Positions 1-13,720 of a DNA stretch of 64,000 bases are shown piece after piece; the first letter of the stretch is position 1, and each line of letters begins with the position of its first letter. This DNA comes from Camelus ferus. Lineage: Eukaryota. The notes beneath the pieces are model-generated. The model made no database searches and was not told the DNA's origin. It saw only the letters and a list, made by a program, of their open reading frames with translations. The position numbers and the translations under genes are program-made. Location of the stretch: positions 56,794,001-56,858,000 of the forward strand of contig NC_045707.1 in the NCBI RefSeq assembly GCF_009834535.1. The letters are read 5' to 3'.

Positions 1-419
1 TGAAAGAAACCCCTTGCAGGGGTAAAAGGTCACTGAAAGGATAGAGGTTGTCCTGAAGGCAATCTTAGTCAACTTCATTCCCAAGACCTATAAGTGTGTT
101 TATGTGTCTGTATTTTTATACTACATATATGTGGTTTTTTTCTTTAGATATAATTTCTAATGTTGTGAAGATAAAATTTCTGTTTTGGCCATCCCCTACC
201 ATGATGATGGGTATTTTATACTGCTGTCTACATTTTCCTGTTTCAGTGGTTGTGCATTTGTTTTATAACTTTTTGTAAAGTGAAAGACATCATGCAAATG
301 TCAGAGTACATAAGAGCTTAGAAAATCTGGGGTGTTAACAGGACACATGTATTTAGTGTCTCCCATTGTTAAAGAGCTATCAACAGCATATTACTGAGAG
401 CTATGTAATAAAACCACTG

Positions 420-585
420 TTTAGCCCCCCATAAAGCTTATAAGGTAGTCACAGTATGAAGGTGAAATGGTAGTAGTATCTGGAGTTGCTTCAGTCACTT
501 AAGAATAAGACTGAATGAAGCTTTTATTTTTGCCCCCAAATTAGAAAACTGAAAGTCAGAGTAAATTATGTATAACTTAAGTCCA
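420..585 (-). mobile_element. MIR fragment
   Basis: Degenerate MIR core 'ttagaaaactgaaagtcagag' preceded by 'ataaggtag'. Confidence 0.45.
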
Positions 586-2889
586 TTTGAGGTTTCATAT
601 TATTTTTCCTTTCTTTGAAAAAGATATTTATAATAGATTATCTAAATACAGTTATTCATTATCCATTTCTAAAGTTATATATTTTATATAAATGTTTATA
701 ATTACTAAACCCATTCTGTGATGAAATTTTCATTGGTAGGATATTCAAGGTCCTATAATTTTCACTCATTGAACAGAATCTATAAAGTGTTGAGTGAATG
801 GTCTCTCACAAGGAGGTATAGCTATGGAGTAATTTCTTTACCCATATAATAGAAATATCACATATATCTTTAAATATAAATGGTATATTTAAAACTTGAA
901 ATTTTTTCTGTGGACAGATATAAATATTTCTGAAGCATTAAAAAAAGTGAATTTTACATTTTTTTTAAATAGCAAGCATGTATAAAAAGTTGTGTCAAAT
1001 TTGCAAATGTCATTATAAATTTGCAAATTTGCATGTCTGGTAATAAATTTGAACTCATGAATATAGTCTGCATTAATATTTTTAACAATAAATGTTAAGT
1101 AGGTTTTTTGAAAATTTAGGTAGTCTCAGTTTTAATGCTAATAATGAAAGAGAGAATCACTCATTAATTATATTCAGGGGCCATTCAAGAAGTTTTATAA
1201 TCGCTTTCTTCTGAAAAGAATTTCAGACACTATGTTTTTAAATTCATAAACTGGAAATCAGTCACTGCTGTAAATAGAACTTACAGGTTTTTCTAAATCA
1301 CATAGTTATCTTAGAAAATAAACTCTTCTATCATTGAGAAAAATATTGCCTGTTATGTTAACTTAAAATCATCTTTGAAAAATTATATGAAAGATATTCT
1401 ACATTCTGCATTTATTTTTCATTCACAAAAACTGGATCACAGATTAAGCTCCAGTCTAAAAACATAGCATATATTTACATATAAAATAAAGGGAAAGAAA
1501 GATAATTAAACTCTAAAGGGTAAAATATAATTATTAAGTTAAATAGTGCTTTTTAATACACCATTTTGTCATAGTGTATTAACTTTAAAATATTAACATT
1601 ATTAAAATATCAAAACCTTGTGAAATGTAAGATATCAGGGGTGTCCCAGGTTATCACATTGTCAGGCCATCAGGCCAGCCTTAGGAAGACCAAGGTAAGG
1701 TCTAAGTAACTCAGCTTCTGATGGCCAAGCAGATTTTGGATACTGAAAAACAGGTATAAAACATGAAAAGTTATACTGCTATACCAGCTAAACTGGTATC
1801 TAGAGAGCTGTGGATATGCAGGTCTGTGCAGAACCAGAAGTGTGATAGATCATGTCCTGTCTTGAGCCCATGAGCCAGTGTCATAGAGGTGTTGGCCAAC
1901 CCTTGGCCTGGAGCCAGGATTTGTCTCAGACTGTTAGCTAGGTCTAAGTCTGCTGGCGGGATTTAGTAGCATAGCTTGGCCACAAAAGTTAAGTTTAGTG
2001 ACACAGACCCAAGCAGACTAATGTGCACAAGGAGGGGAGTTTCCCTTTGTATTGGTTTAAGAAAGTTTCTGGTTATTTATAAACTAGCTATTCACTGTCT
2101 TACTATTTCTGATTCTTTTTAAGGGTGAATATAGACAAAATCTATTAAGGAGTTATGTGGGACAAACTCTAGACTATATGAAACAAATTTCTGAACACAT
2201 TGGTCAAATGTCAGAGTGTCCTGATATTTCAGAGTGCTGTTATCAGTGTTTGAATTCAGTCCACCTCATTGCCTCATCCAGAACTTAGAGCAAAAATGCC
2301 ACTGGGCCTATTCAGTTCCTCTCTTGTTTTTCTTTGTTTGTTACCTCAGAGTAATAAGATAAATTTGGTTCCTACACATCTTAGCATTTTGATTATTCTA
2401 AGTTTCCTTTATTCAAATGATAATGGTTCTCCTCATTTCTAGAGTGTGGTGAATAAGTGAACACCAATTTAGTCCGTATCCTTGGGCTTGACGTGCACAC
2501 TGTCCTGAACATTCTCCAGCTCTATTAATTTTTTCCCCACTGAGGAAACAGAATTGTACATTCCGTATTTTTGTACTTTCTGTTCTCATTTTAATGGTCT
2601 TCCTGATGGTTCTTAGCAAGTCGAGTAAACACTCCACAGAATTTAAAACAAATTCAATTTCCTGAGAGTGCTGTTTAGACCAGGTTATATATTTTTCAAA
2701 TTGTGAACAGCATGAAAAAGTCGAAGTCTCCAAAACTGATTTTAATTTGCTTATTCAAAAAAGATCAATGTTCTACACACTTGCTTCAAAAGATAAGGGG
2801 ATTAAAAAAATGTGAATCTGAAATGTTATCTAATTTAATCTCTTTCAACCTGACTGTCATATTGCTGTATCACTTGCTTTCATTCTCCA

Positions 2890-3800
2890 ATTTGTTTAGT
2901 CAGAATTCAGTATTATGTTTGAGTGTACACTATGTGCTACACATTTAGTTAGGTTTTGGAAATACAGTGGTAAACAATTCAGTTTCTCCTTTCAGAATAT
3001 AGTGGAGTAGACAGGTTGGTAAAAAGTAATTACAGTATAATGTAAGCACAGGATGAGATGAAAGAGAGAAGGTCACATAACCCAACTGGTGAGAACGGAA
3101 AGAGTCTGGAGGATCAAAGAAGGCAAATAAAATAAATTAATGTCTAGTTGTAGGATGAGTTGAAGTTTGTCAGCTGAGGAAGGTGAAGTCTGGCATCTTA
3201 AACAAGGAAATAGTGTATGCATAAGTCAAAAAATGAGAAAATAACTCAGAGTGGCTAGAGGATGGAAAGTAGCAGTGAGATAGAGAAAAAAAGGTTAAAC
3301 CAGAGGAAGAGATAAGAAATTTCATAGAAAAAAAAATTGTGATGTATACTAAAGACCGTGAGGATCCATCAAAGTCTTTAAAAAGGAGAGTCATTTAATC
3401 TGCCCTGTCCTTTAGAGACATTTTCCTGGCTCTATGGACGAGTGATTGAGGTAAAAGTCCAAGCAGGGAAACCAGTGAAAAGGACTCTTGTAGTCATCCA
3501 AAGGAGAGGTGATGAAAATAATGATGGTGACCTTTTTTTTTTTTTTTTCCCCCAGTCCCACTGCGTTATAAAATTCATTGAGGTAGTATTTTAGCAGAAA
3601 GTCAACATTGTATTTTGAGTAAAACATTAAATTTTTAGTATGAGCCTATCAAGTGACAGTGAAAATGGAGAGGAATGGACTGATTCATGAGCAATACACA
3701 AGAATAGGGGGTTATTTGGAGGAAGGAGAATGAGACTTATTTAAAAACTCAAGGCTGATTTTTGAACTTTCTAGTTTGGCAACTGAGTAATGAATAATGA
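2890..3800 (-). mobile_element. L2 fragment (3' region)
   Basis: Antisense L2 signatures: 'tttgagtgtacactatgtgcta...aatacagtggtaaacaa', 'tagtcatccaaaggagaggtgatga', 'tttctagtttggcaactgagtaatg'. Confidence 0.65.
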
Positions 3801-6800
3801 ATGAATGAAGAAGAAGAATTTTAATAATAATTTTAATAGGTCTTCAGGTGGAACAAATTGAAGCTTTCAATAAATAAGAGAGTAAAGGATGTGAAATGGA
3901 ACTTCCATTGCTGATTCAAAATTTTACTTAGAGCCTCAAAGCTTGGTACCATTGATGATAAGCATCACCTCTACCTTCTGAGCAGGAGTGCTAGACATAC
4001 CACAGATTTACGAATTAACAATGAGAGTAGTATCAGTCCTGCTGCTATGAATCACCACCTTGAGCCTCTCTCAGTGAAGATCAGAAAGGGCTCATTGGCA
4101 GAGTTTCAGCTGGTAGAGAGTGGTGCAGTAAAAAAACCTTACGCTTCTCCTAAGTCAGATGAGGGTGGACCCAAAGCAGTGACTCATAGAAGAAGGCAGT
4201 GGTATCCCCAGTGTTTGGGTATTTATTCAGCAGGTCTGTCAGTGGGTGATTCCATGAAATATATGTAAGACTAGGGGAGAAAGAAATTAATGTGTATCCC
4301 TTCGAGTCTGGGGATGCACATAACAGCTGAATCAGATGTTTGCTTCCTATATGCCAGTGTGGGTAGGGGATAGGGAAGAAAGGACTCAACAACTTCATTT
4401 TAATCAATTAATTGATTAATTTTTTAACTTGTCAAAATAGGTACTTAAAATATTGGTGCCATAAATAAGTAACCAAAATAATGAAAGATGGTTTATATGC
4501 AGGGATTTTTATCATGAAAGACATGTAATGCTTAGCACATATGATACCAAAAGATTTCCACGTTAGGTTATTTCCTATTCATTAATGCATTACTGATTAG
4601 AACTATTTAAGCATCTATATTTCAACATAAACTACTGAATTAGAGGGCACATTCCAAATATGGCTTCCTACATTCAAAAATTTAAATTATGTTAAACATG
4701 AAAGTGAGCAAAGAGATATAAATTATAAACTAACATCTGAAGGTTGGGTTTAGAATAACACTGAATATGGAAGCATTTTTGAGATTTCTCAGTATATTGT
4801 TTCACTCGTGATCAATGTGATAGGAAATATTTTAGAAATGATTCACCAGTATAGGTGAATTATTTGGGAAGCTGAGAGTAATAACTCCTTGTTAGGAATA
4901 GAGTATTACTTGTTACTTATTGTCAGTTTTTAATCAAACTATAAGAATAAAGGTACTTGAAAGTTTTTGAGGGAAAATCATTATGTTAATTAAAAAATGC
5001 ATAATAAGCAAAATAAATTAGGAACTTGCATTATTGCAAAGATATATTATTTTTGTTAATAATGATAATACTATTTTGAACTATATATTAATATATACTG
5101 TTTTCAGATCATATAAAGTTTAATATGTTATTTTAACTATCTTTGCTCCTCAAAATCCCTATTATAATTTTGTCCTAAATAGTAATATAATTTCAACTAC
5201 AGACATTGTACATATTTGTATTTTGTTCTTTTTTCCCACCTTCTTTTCTATTTCTGTTCATTTTTATTATACATGAATTTGCTTATTTGTGTATATATAT
5301 GTGTATTTATATATAGCATATATAAGCACATTTAAGGATAAAACATATATGTAATTATTTTATGTATATTTACATATACATTTCATCCTACAAAAAGTAA
5401 GGCAGATTTATTTAGTTTCTTCACTAAACAAGAGGCTGGTTTCTAATTAGACTGTTCATATCCAACATAATAAAGTGGACTATTTTTATTCTTGATCAAA
5501 GATGCTTATAATTTAGGATGTCTATCTGAAAAAACAGATGGATGAATACAGCTTTGTACATATAATTGCTCATTAAAATGTCAAAAATATAAAGTAAGAA
5601 TAAAGGTTTATTTAAGAAACATATTTGTAATGCCTATGATGTTCATAGTGCTATTCTGGATACCTTAGCAAAAAATGAAAGACATAAATTCAGTGCTATA
5701 GATTTTTATACTCTAACTGGCTAGCATTTGTTTCTTCTAAAATATGATTTATAAGTGCAAAAAATGGGTATATAAATACATAATTACATATGTATTATAT
5801 GGTAATAACTATAGTAAGTGTGTTTGAAGGGATTTGAATTTATTTGGGGGGAAGACTTGTTTTGAAAGGTGAATGTTGAACCAGGTCTTCAAGATCTAAC
5901 TTGCATTAAATTAGAGCCTTTATTCTGGATGGGAAGAAATCAAGGGTCTTTCCTTACCTTGTATCCAAAAGTATTTCAATTCTATCAACTTTAGCAACTG
6001 GTAAAACTGGCTGCTGCAACTTAAAGTACATCAGTTGAAATTTAATTGCTGAAGTTATTTAGAATATAAAATTAAATCTAGTTTGAGGATATCTGTTTAA
6101 AAAGTAAAGGTGGGTTATTTCTTTCTAAAACCCCAGAAACTCTCCATGTGCCTGTGGAGCTTAACAGCTAGACACCTGTGCAGCCTTATTGAGATTAGGC
6201 TATGGGCCAGTGCTTATTTGGCTATTCCAGAAAACAGTCATGACTGCACCCAGTGGGCCCTCAAAGAAGGAGGGTCTGATGGCCCATTCCCACATAGCCT
6301 GAGGTAGCAGGACTTGCACAGATCTAAGGCTGCTGCCGCTGCTTTTCCTGAGATCCCAATGAGGTGATGCTCTACCTCCTTTGGCGAAATGAGGAAGAAG
6401 CTAGTGTTCTGAAGATTTGCCCCTTTCTACCATTGGTATTCATCAAAGTGTGACTGGGTAAGACACTGCAAACTTTTGTGGATTGGGATCCTCCTCTTCT
6501 TCCTCTTTGGGCTTCCAGAGAAATCAACATTAGGGCTTACTTTCCTCTAGCCCTACCTAAGAATGAGTTTCTCTGTGAAGGAACACATGTATCTGGAAGG
6601 TAAACAATTTTCTCTAGCTAATTCTCTGAAACGAGATTGTCTTTTTCAAATGCACACTCAGGGAAACATGAATCCTCAAAATGTAAATGCTGAAATTACA
6701 TGCATATTCTGTTTTTCACTTAGCATTAATTATGACCACTACAGGCACTTTAAAAAGGAATCTGATTTTATATTCATAATAAAGTTGAGATTATGCAGAA

Positions 6801-7441
6801 TTTTTACTTTCAGTTAGAATCTATGTTGTTTCAAGAATACCACATAGCAAGAATATGCCTTAAAGATTTTATGATATGCTATTAAATTATTTTTCAAAAG
6901 ATATTTGAAGCTATTGAAGCATATTTATAATGTTATAATTGTTATAGGAAAAGTGGAACAGTTACAATATTAAAATTTTAATATTTCACCAAAAGCATTC
7001 ATCAAGCTTGAAAGCTGCAAAATCATCTTCTGGCTATATAACACATTCTCTAGGTATTCTTATTCTTATATTTTATAACTAGGAACCATTTATACTTTTA
7101 TTGGAGTGTGGTAGAAAGCATTTTGGTAATGCTAGTTATTTTTTCCATTTTTACTTTTCCTCATCATAGATTAAAATGGGTAATCCATATGAGTGACTCT
7201 TTTTCTTCTATGGACAACACTTTTTGAAAACAAATTTAAAACCTCCTTGATATTCCTATACAAAAACACTGGGTTTCGTTTAAATTACATCACCATTCCC
7301 TAAAAGGCCAGGAAATTCATTAAAATTTCACATTACAACCAACATCATTATTCTAACTTTTAAATAAGGGTATATAAGTAATTGCATGAAATATAAGTTG
7401 AAAGATAGTCAATGTGAAATAGATTGTCTGAATGATTTTTT

Positions 7442-9056
7442 TAACATTTTTTTATTGAGTTATAGTCATTTTACAATGTTGTGTCAAATTCCAGTATACA
7501 GCACAATTTTTCAGTTATACATGAACATACATATATTCATTGTCACATTTCTTTTTTGCTGTGAGCTACCATAATATCTTGTATATATTTCCCTGTGTTA
7601 TACAGTATAATATTGTTTATCTATTCTACATTTTGAAATCCCAGTCTGTCCCTTTCCACCCCCACCCCCAGGCAACCACAAGTTTGTGTTCTATATCTAT
7701 GAGTCTGTTTCTGTTTTGCATTTATTTTTGTTTTGTTTTTGTTTTGTTTTTTAGATTCCACATATTAGCGATGTCATATGGTATTCTTCTTTCTCTTTCT
7801 GGCTTACTTCACTTAGAATGACATTCTCCAGGAACATCCATGTTGCTGCAAATGGCATTATGTTGTCAGTTTTTATGGCTGAATAGTATTCCGTTATATA
7901 ATTATATCACATCTTCTTTATCCAGTCATCTGTTGATGGACATTTAGGCTGTTTCCATGTCTTGGCTATTGTAAATAGTGCTGCTATGAACATTGGGGTG
8001 CAGATGTCTTTTTGAAGTAGGGTTCCTTCTGGATGTATGCCCAGGAGCGGGATTCCTGGGTTATATGGTAAGTCTATTCCTAGTCTTTTGAGGAATCTCC
8101 ATACTGTTTTCCACAGTGGCTGCACCAAACTACATTCCCACCAGCCGTGTAGGAGGGTTCCCTTTTCTCCACAGCCTCTCCAGCATTTATCATTTGTGGA
8201 CTTTTGAATGATGACCATTCTGACTGGTGTGAGGTGATACCTCATTGTAGTTTTGATTTGCATTTCTCTGATAATTAGTGATATTGAGCATTTTTTCATG
8301 TGCCTTTTGATCATTTGTATTTCTTCCTTGGAGAATTGCTTGTTTAGGTCTTCTGCCCATTTTTGGATTGGGTTGTTTGTTTCTTTCTTATTAAGTCGTA
8401 TGAGCTGCTTATATATTCTGGAGATCAAGCCTTTGTCGGTTTCATTGGCAAAAATTTTCTCCCATTTCTTAGGTTGTCATTTTGTTTTACTTATGGTTTC
8501 CTTTGCTGTGCAGAAGCTTGTAAGTTTCATTAGGTCCCATTTGTTTATTCTTGCTTTTATTTCTATTGCTTGAGTAGACTGTTCTAGGAGAACTTTTTTG
8601 AGATGTATGTCAGATAATGTTTTGCCTATTATTTTCTTCTAGGAGGTTTATTGTATCTTGTCTTATGTTTAAGTCTTTGATCCATTTTGAGTTGATTTTT
8701 ATGTATGGTGTAAGAGAGTGTTCTAGTTTCACTGATTGACATGCTGCTGTCCAGTTTTCCCATTTGCTAAAGAGACTGTCTTTATTCCATTGTATATTCT
8801 TGCCTCCTTTGTTGAAGATTAGTTGACCAAAAGTTTGTGGGTTCATTTCTGGGCTCTGTATTCTGTTCCATTGGTCCATATTTCTGTTTTTGTACCAATA
8901 CCATGCTGTTTTGATTATTGTAGTTCTGTAGTATTGTCTGAAGTCTGAGAGAGTTATTCCTCCAGCCTCTTTCTTTTTCTTCAGTAATGGTTTGGCAATT
9001 CTAGGTCTTTTGTGGTTCCATATAAATTTTATTATGATTTGTTCTAATTCTGTGAA
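7442..9056 (-). mobile_element. 5'-truncated, relatively young L1 (about 1.6 kb; ORF2 C-terminus and 3' UTR) with TSD
   Basis: ORFs 8610..9158 and 7907..8428 translate to ORF2p C-terminal motifs ([42 protein letters not shown]). They are split by indels/stops. TSD AGA(T/C)TGTCTGAATGATTTTTT at 7421-7441 and 9057-9077. Confidence 0.95.
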
Positions 9057-9077
9057 AGACTGTCTGAATGATTTTTT

Positions 9078-11140
9078 AAAAACTTTGTGTAGTTTATGAA
9101 AGAAATCTAAAATGTGGAAATAAAGTCTGAAACTAAAATGATATAAAAGATATACCATATAATACTAGATAAAAAAAAATAAAAGCACATGCAGCTACAT
9201 TAACATCAGAAAGTGTATTCTTTCAGAAAAAATATTAAATATAAAAAGAGAGATACTGAAATATAAAAAAATGGAAGAATGAAATTTTACATGCTTGTGT
9301 TCCTAATAGCAAACACTTAAATATAGAAGATAAAAGTTAACAGAAATAAAAGGAGACTAAAATTACCCTCAGTCATGGTGGAACATTTTAATACTTCTCT
9401 CAATACCTGGCTGAATAGGAAGATAAAATCTTTAAAGATAATGATAATTTGAGCAATGTGATAAATAAGCATGTCCTCCATGATATATAATCTTGCATTT
9501 TATTTCTAAAAATTGCCCAAATATGGGTTATACAAGAAGACAATAAATTTCAAAGACCTGAAATCATACAGAATATGTTTTCTTACATCAGAGTTCAGAT
9601 GGAAATTAATAGAAAAAATGAAATTAAAAGATGATAAATAGAAAGTACTGAAGTGTTGGGAAAATATGCCTTATACTTCTACTTAATTCATTGGTGAGAG
9701 AGTTCAAAATAAAAAATAAGAAAAAAAAGTCAAATTCAATGATACTGGAATACTACATCTTGAAAGATGTAGGATGTGGTTTAAGCCCCACTTAGAAATG
9801 TATAGCATTAATTTATATTAGAAAAAATGAAAGCTAAGAAAATCAATGATCTAAGCATCATCTCAAGAAGCTAGGAAAATAGAACAAATAAAACCTAGGA
9901 TATAGAAAGAAGGGAAAAATGAAGCTAGCAGCAAAAATTAATAAAATAGAAATATTTAATACAGAGTATAAATAAAGCTAAATTTTTTTTTTAAAAAAGT
10001 TAACTGATGAATCTCTGAGGGGTTGGTAAAATTTAAAATAATGAGGATATTCTGAACACAGTTTATGCTGATGAATTTTTAAAAAGTAGATGAAATGAGG
10101 AAGTTCCTAGAAAAACATACCTTTACCAAGATAACACAAAAAATAAAAAGTGCAAAAAATACTTCAGATGAAAGAAATGAAATCTTCAATTAAAAATCTT
10201 CTCACAAAGAAAACTCTAGAACCAGATGGCTTCACCAGTGAATTCTACAATCATTTAAGGAAGGGATTATACCAAGTATTAAAAGCTCTAAAAGACAATT
10301 AAAACGAAGAAGCACTTCCCAAGTTGTTTAATGAGATGCATTAGTTTTCTTTTGCTGTGTAACAAATTACCACAACCTAAGAGACTGAAAGCAACACATT
10401 TACTGTCTCAGTTTCTGTGGGTCAGGAGTCTGAAAATAGCTTACTTGGGTCCTCTGCTAAGCATTTTAACTGGCTGCAATCAAGGTGTGGGCCAGGTGGC
10501 ATTTTGATCTGGAGCTCAAGGTCCCCTTTCGAGCTCCCGTGATAAGTGGTACGTATGTCTATGTATACATGTATGTGTGTGTGCTTGTGTGTGTACACAT
10601 ATATACACATACCTATATAGTGATGGGAATGAATTATCATTACCTTTGCCATATTCTATTTAGTTGGAAGCAAATCACAAGCCCTACCCATTGTCAAAGG
10701 GAGGAGTTTATGGAAGGGTTGAACATGGAGGCCACCTTTGGGCCTGTTTGCCACATGAGGCAAAAAAAATAACCTTGAAGCAAAGCCTGAAATATTAACC
10801 TAAAATGTTAGTTAATTAAGTGAACCAATGAGTAAGGATATGACATCAGGACCTAGTTGGCTTTGTTCCAGAAATGCAAGATTATTTTTACTTTTACAAT
10901 TAAGTGAATGTAATTCTCCATGTTAATAGGGAAAAAATTCGTATGATTATCTACATAGATGCAGACAAAATACAGATAAAATTCAGCATTTGTTTATAAT
11001 GATATTTTATATCATATATAATAATCATATAATTATTTAATATCATATAATTATTTAATATCATTACATATTAATAATATAATGATTATTTTTAATGGTA
11101 AAATGTCAACATTCTAGGAATAAAAGTGAACTTCCTTATT
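9078..11140 (+). mobile_element. Old L1 (L1M-type) ORF2 remnant, interrupted by a MaLR LTR
   Basis: A-rich degenerate ORF2 sequence including 'aaaactctagaaccagatggcttcaccagtgaattctac' and 'tgattatctacatagatgcagacaaa'; no intact frame. Confidence 0.8.
10337..10755 (-). mobile_element. MaLR (MLT1-type) solo LTR
   Basis: 'tgcattagttttcttttgctgtgtaacaaattaccac...tctgtgggtcaggagtctg'. TG...CA ends; 5-bp TSD TGAGA/TGAGG at 10332-10336 and 10756-10760. Confidence 0.8.
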
Positions 11141-11852
11141 AATTAGTCAATGTCATTATTTTATTCAAATATTTGTTGAGCAACTAATATCTGCCAGGAG
11201 CTCAACTATTTTCCCTGTTCACTCACACTCATGAGGATGTGTTCCTTTAAAATACTGGCAGGTCTCCATGCACATTCACTGTACAGAGAAGATTACTCTT
11301 TACTTATCAAAGTACTTACACATCAAAAGTACACACAAAGTACTCTACACTTATCATAATGTACAGCTGGATTTATTTCTATTTTTTCCTAAAAAAATCT
11401 AATAAATATTTTTCTCCTACCCTTCTATTTTTATTTCCTTCCTTTTTATTTAACCAAACATAGAAACTCTTTCAGATCTTTCTGTATTTAACAGCTGAAG
11501 ATGTGTCTAACTTTCAAAATTCATTTAATATAATTACTTCCTTTTAATGGCTAGATCACATACACTAACTTCTCAACTAACCATACTAAATTAATGAAAT
11601 AAAAAATCATCAAGGAAATGTAACTTTCACCCTAACTTGATTTTGTAAAAGTGGAAAGAAGAATAGATTATTAAAATTAAATTATGTAATATATATTTCC
11701 CAGATAATTAAGAATATGAAAAAAATTTCAAACATGAATGTATTTATGCATATTTAAAGTTGTTATGGGAAAATATAAAAAATAGTGTTACACTCATTAT
11801 ATAGAAAGATAAACCAGCACCAGAATGAAGATTTAAAAAATAATCATCTTTT

Positions 11853-12566
11853 TGTTCATCAATGATACTGGCCTGTAGTTTTCTTTTTTAGCAGTATCTT
11901 TGTCTGGCTTTGATATCAGGGTGATGGTGGCTTCAAAGAATGAGTTTGGGAGTATTCCCTCCTCTTCAATCTTTTGGAAGAGTTTGAGAAGGATCAATAT
12001 GAGCTCTTCTTGGTATGTTTGATAGAATTCCCCAGTGAAGCTATATGATCCTGGACTTTTGTTTGCAGGGATGTTTTTTTATTACTGATTCTATTTCACT
12101 TCTAGTGACTGGTCTATTCAAATGATCTGTTTTTTCTTGATTCAATTTTGGTGGACTAGAGATTGTTATTCTAAGTGAAATAAGCCAGAAAGAGAAATAA
12201 AAATACCATATGATACCACTTGTATGTTAATCTTAAAAACAAACAAAAAAAAACAGACAGACAAACTTATTTGCAAAACAGAAACAGACTCTCAGACATA
12301 GAGAACAAATTTATGGTTACTGGGGAGGTGGTTGGGAGGGGATAAATTGGGAGTTAGAGATTTGCAGATACTATCTGATATATATAGAATAGACAAACAA
12401 CAAGTTCATGCTGTATAGCAGAGGGAACTATATTCAATATCTTGTAGTAACTTAAGGTGAAAAAGAATATGAAAACGAATATATGTGTGTTCATGTATGA
12501 CTTAAGCATTGTGCTGTACACTAGAAATTGACATAATATTATAAACTGACTATACTTCAATAAAAA
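11853..12566 (+). mobile_element. 5'-inverted L1: antisense ORF2 piece (11853-12156) joined to sense ORF2 end and 3' UTR (12152-12566)
   Basis: The left part is the reverse complement of mid-ORF2 ('tctggctttgatatcagggtgatggtggcttca...gaatgagtttggga'). The right part is the sense 3' end ('attctaagtgaaataagccagaaagagaaa...actgactatacttcaataaa'). Confidence 0.85.
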
Positions 12567-12704
12567 TACATATTTTTTAAAAAGGAACTATTAAGAATGA
12601 AAGACAAGTTCAAGGAAACTATTCTTGAGGAAGTGACTTTAAAAAGATCAGCTACCTGAAGAGTAGATGATGAATGATCTAGGCAGATATAGTAAGACGA
12701 GGAG

Positions 12705-13157
12705 TATAGTGGGTTAAATAGTGTCCCCCCAGAATTCATATTTACCCAGAACCTTGGAATGTGACCTTATTTAGAAATACAATCTTGGTAGATATAATTA
12801 GTTTGGGATCTTGAAAGGAAGTCATCCCAGATTTAAGATGGACTCTAAATCCAATGACTAGTGTCCTTATAAGAAGAGGAGAACACATAGACACATAAAG
12901 GAGAATGTCATGTAAAAATGGAAACAGGGATTGGAATCATGCAACTATAAATCAAAGAATGCAAAGGATTGCTAACAATCACTAGAGGCTAGGAGAGAGG
13001 CATGGAATGGACTCTCCATCAGAGTTTCCAGAAAGAATCAAACCTGCCCAACTTGATTTCAGACTTCTGGCACCTAGAACTATGAGTGAATATATTTCTG
13101 GTTTAAAGCTACCAAGTTTTTGGTAATTTATTATAGTACCCTTAGGAAACTAAGACA
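12705..13157 (+). mobile_element. MaLR LTR (MLT1B/C-like), inside L2 debris
   Basis: 'gggttaaatagtgtcccccc...aatgtgaccttatttagaaat', 'aatccaatgactagtgtccttataagaagagga', ending 'aggaaactaagaca'. Confidence 0.85.
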
Positions 13158-13159
13158 GG

Positions 13160-13720
13160 GATCAAATGACATAAAAGTGGCCAAAGTTTAGTGAGCTGAA
13201 GGCAAAGTAAATTCGCTTGGATCATTAAATTAATAATATGCTGGATGCTGTTAAAAATTGAGTAGAATAGGACAAGAATTGAAGAGGTAGACTACCATAG
13301 GAGTCCAGGTAAGAGATGGTGGGAGTTTGGCATAGAGTGGTGGCAACAGATAAGTAAAGCAGGTTGAGATATATTTTAAAATTAGAATTGATGTCTTACT
13401 TATGTATTGGAAGTGCATGTTGAGGACGATTGAAAATGCCTTTCCAAGTTTTGAGCTGAGTTACTGGATGATGTTCATGACATTTACCAAAACAGAGAAC
13501 ACAAGGAAGAGAAAAATTTGGGAGCAAGGAATGAGAATGTTATTTAGTTTGACATATGTGAGTTCTTTACATGGATTGAGATTTATATTTCAGGGACTCC
13601 AGTATGTAAATAATATTTAAGGTCATGGGAATAGTTAAGGTCATCTAGGGAGAGAGTTAGAAAAAGTCCAAGCCAGCACTGAAGCAAATTAGAGGAAAAT
13701 AAGCGATACAGGACACTAAA
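13160..13720 (-). mobile_element. L2 fragment
   Basis: 'gtccaggtaagagatggtgggagtttgg', 'gttttgagctgagttactggatgatg', 'tagtttgacatatgtgagtt'. Confidence 0.7.

Noticed and set aside
1635..6600. GC-richer patches at about 1635-2070, 3990-4400 and 6130-6600 as exons
   Set aside because: No coherent acceptor-ORF-donor structure. They look like old LTR-derived fragments, but I cannot name the families, so they are not listed as features.
7907..9158. 173-aa and 182-aa ORFs as genes, and the overlapping 8253..8573 ORF
   Set aside because: Broken L1 ORF2 C-terminal pieces without promoter, ORF1 or RT core; the + ORF is the usual antisense L1 shadow.
11005..11350. Short AT-rich tandem repeats (TATCATATAATTATTTAA; AAAGTAC units) as an array
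   Set aside because: Only 2-3 degenerate slippage copies with no repeat-spacer structure; not CRISPR-like.
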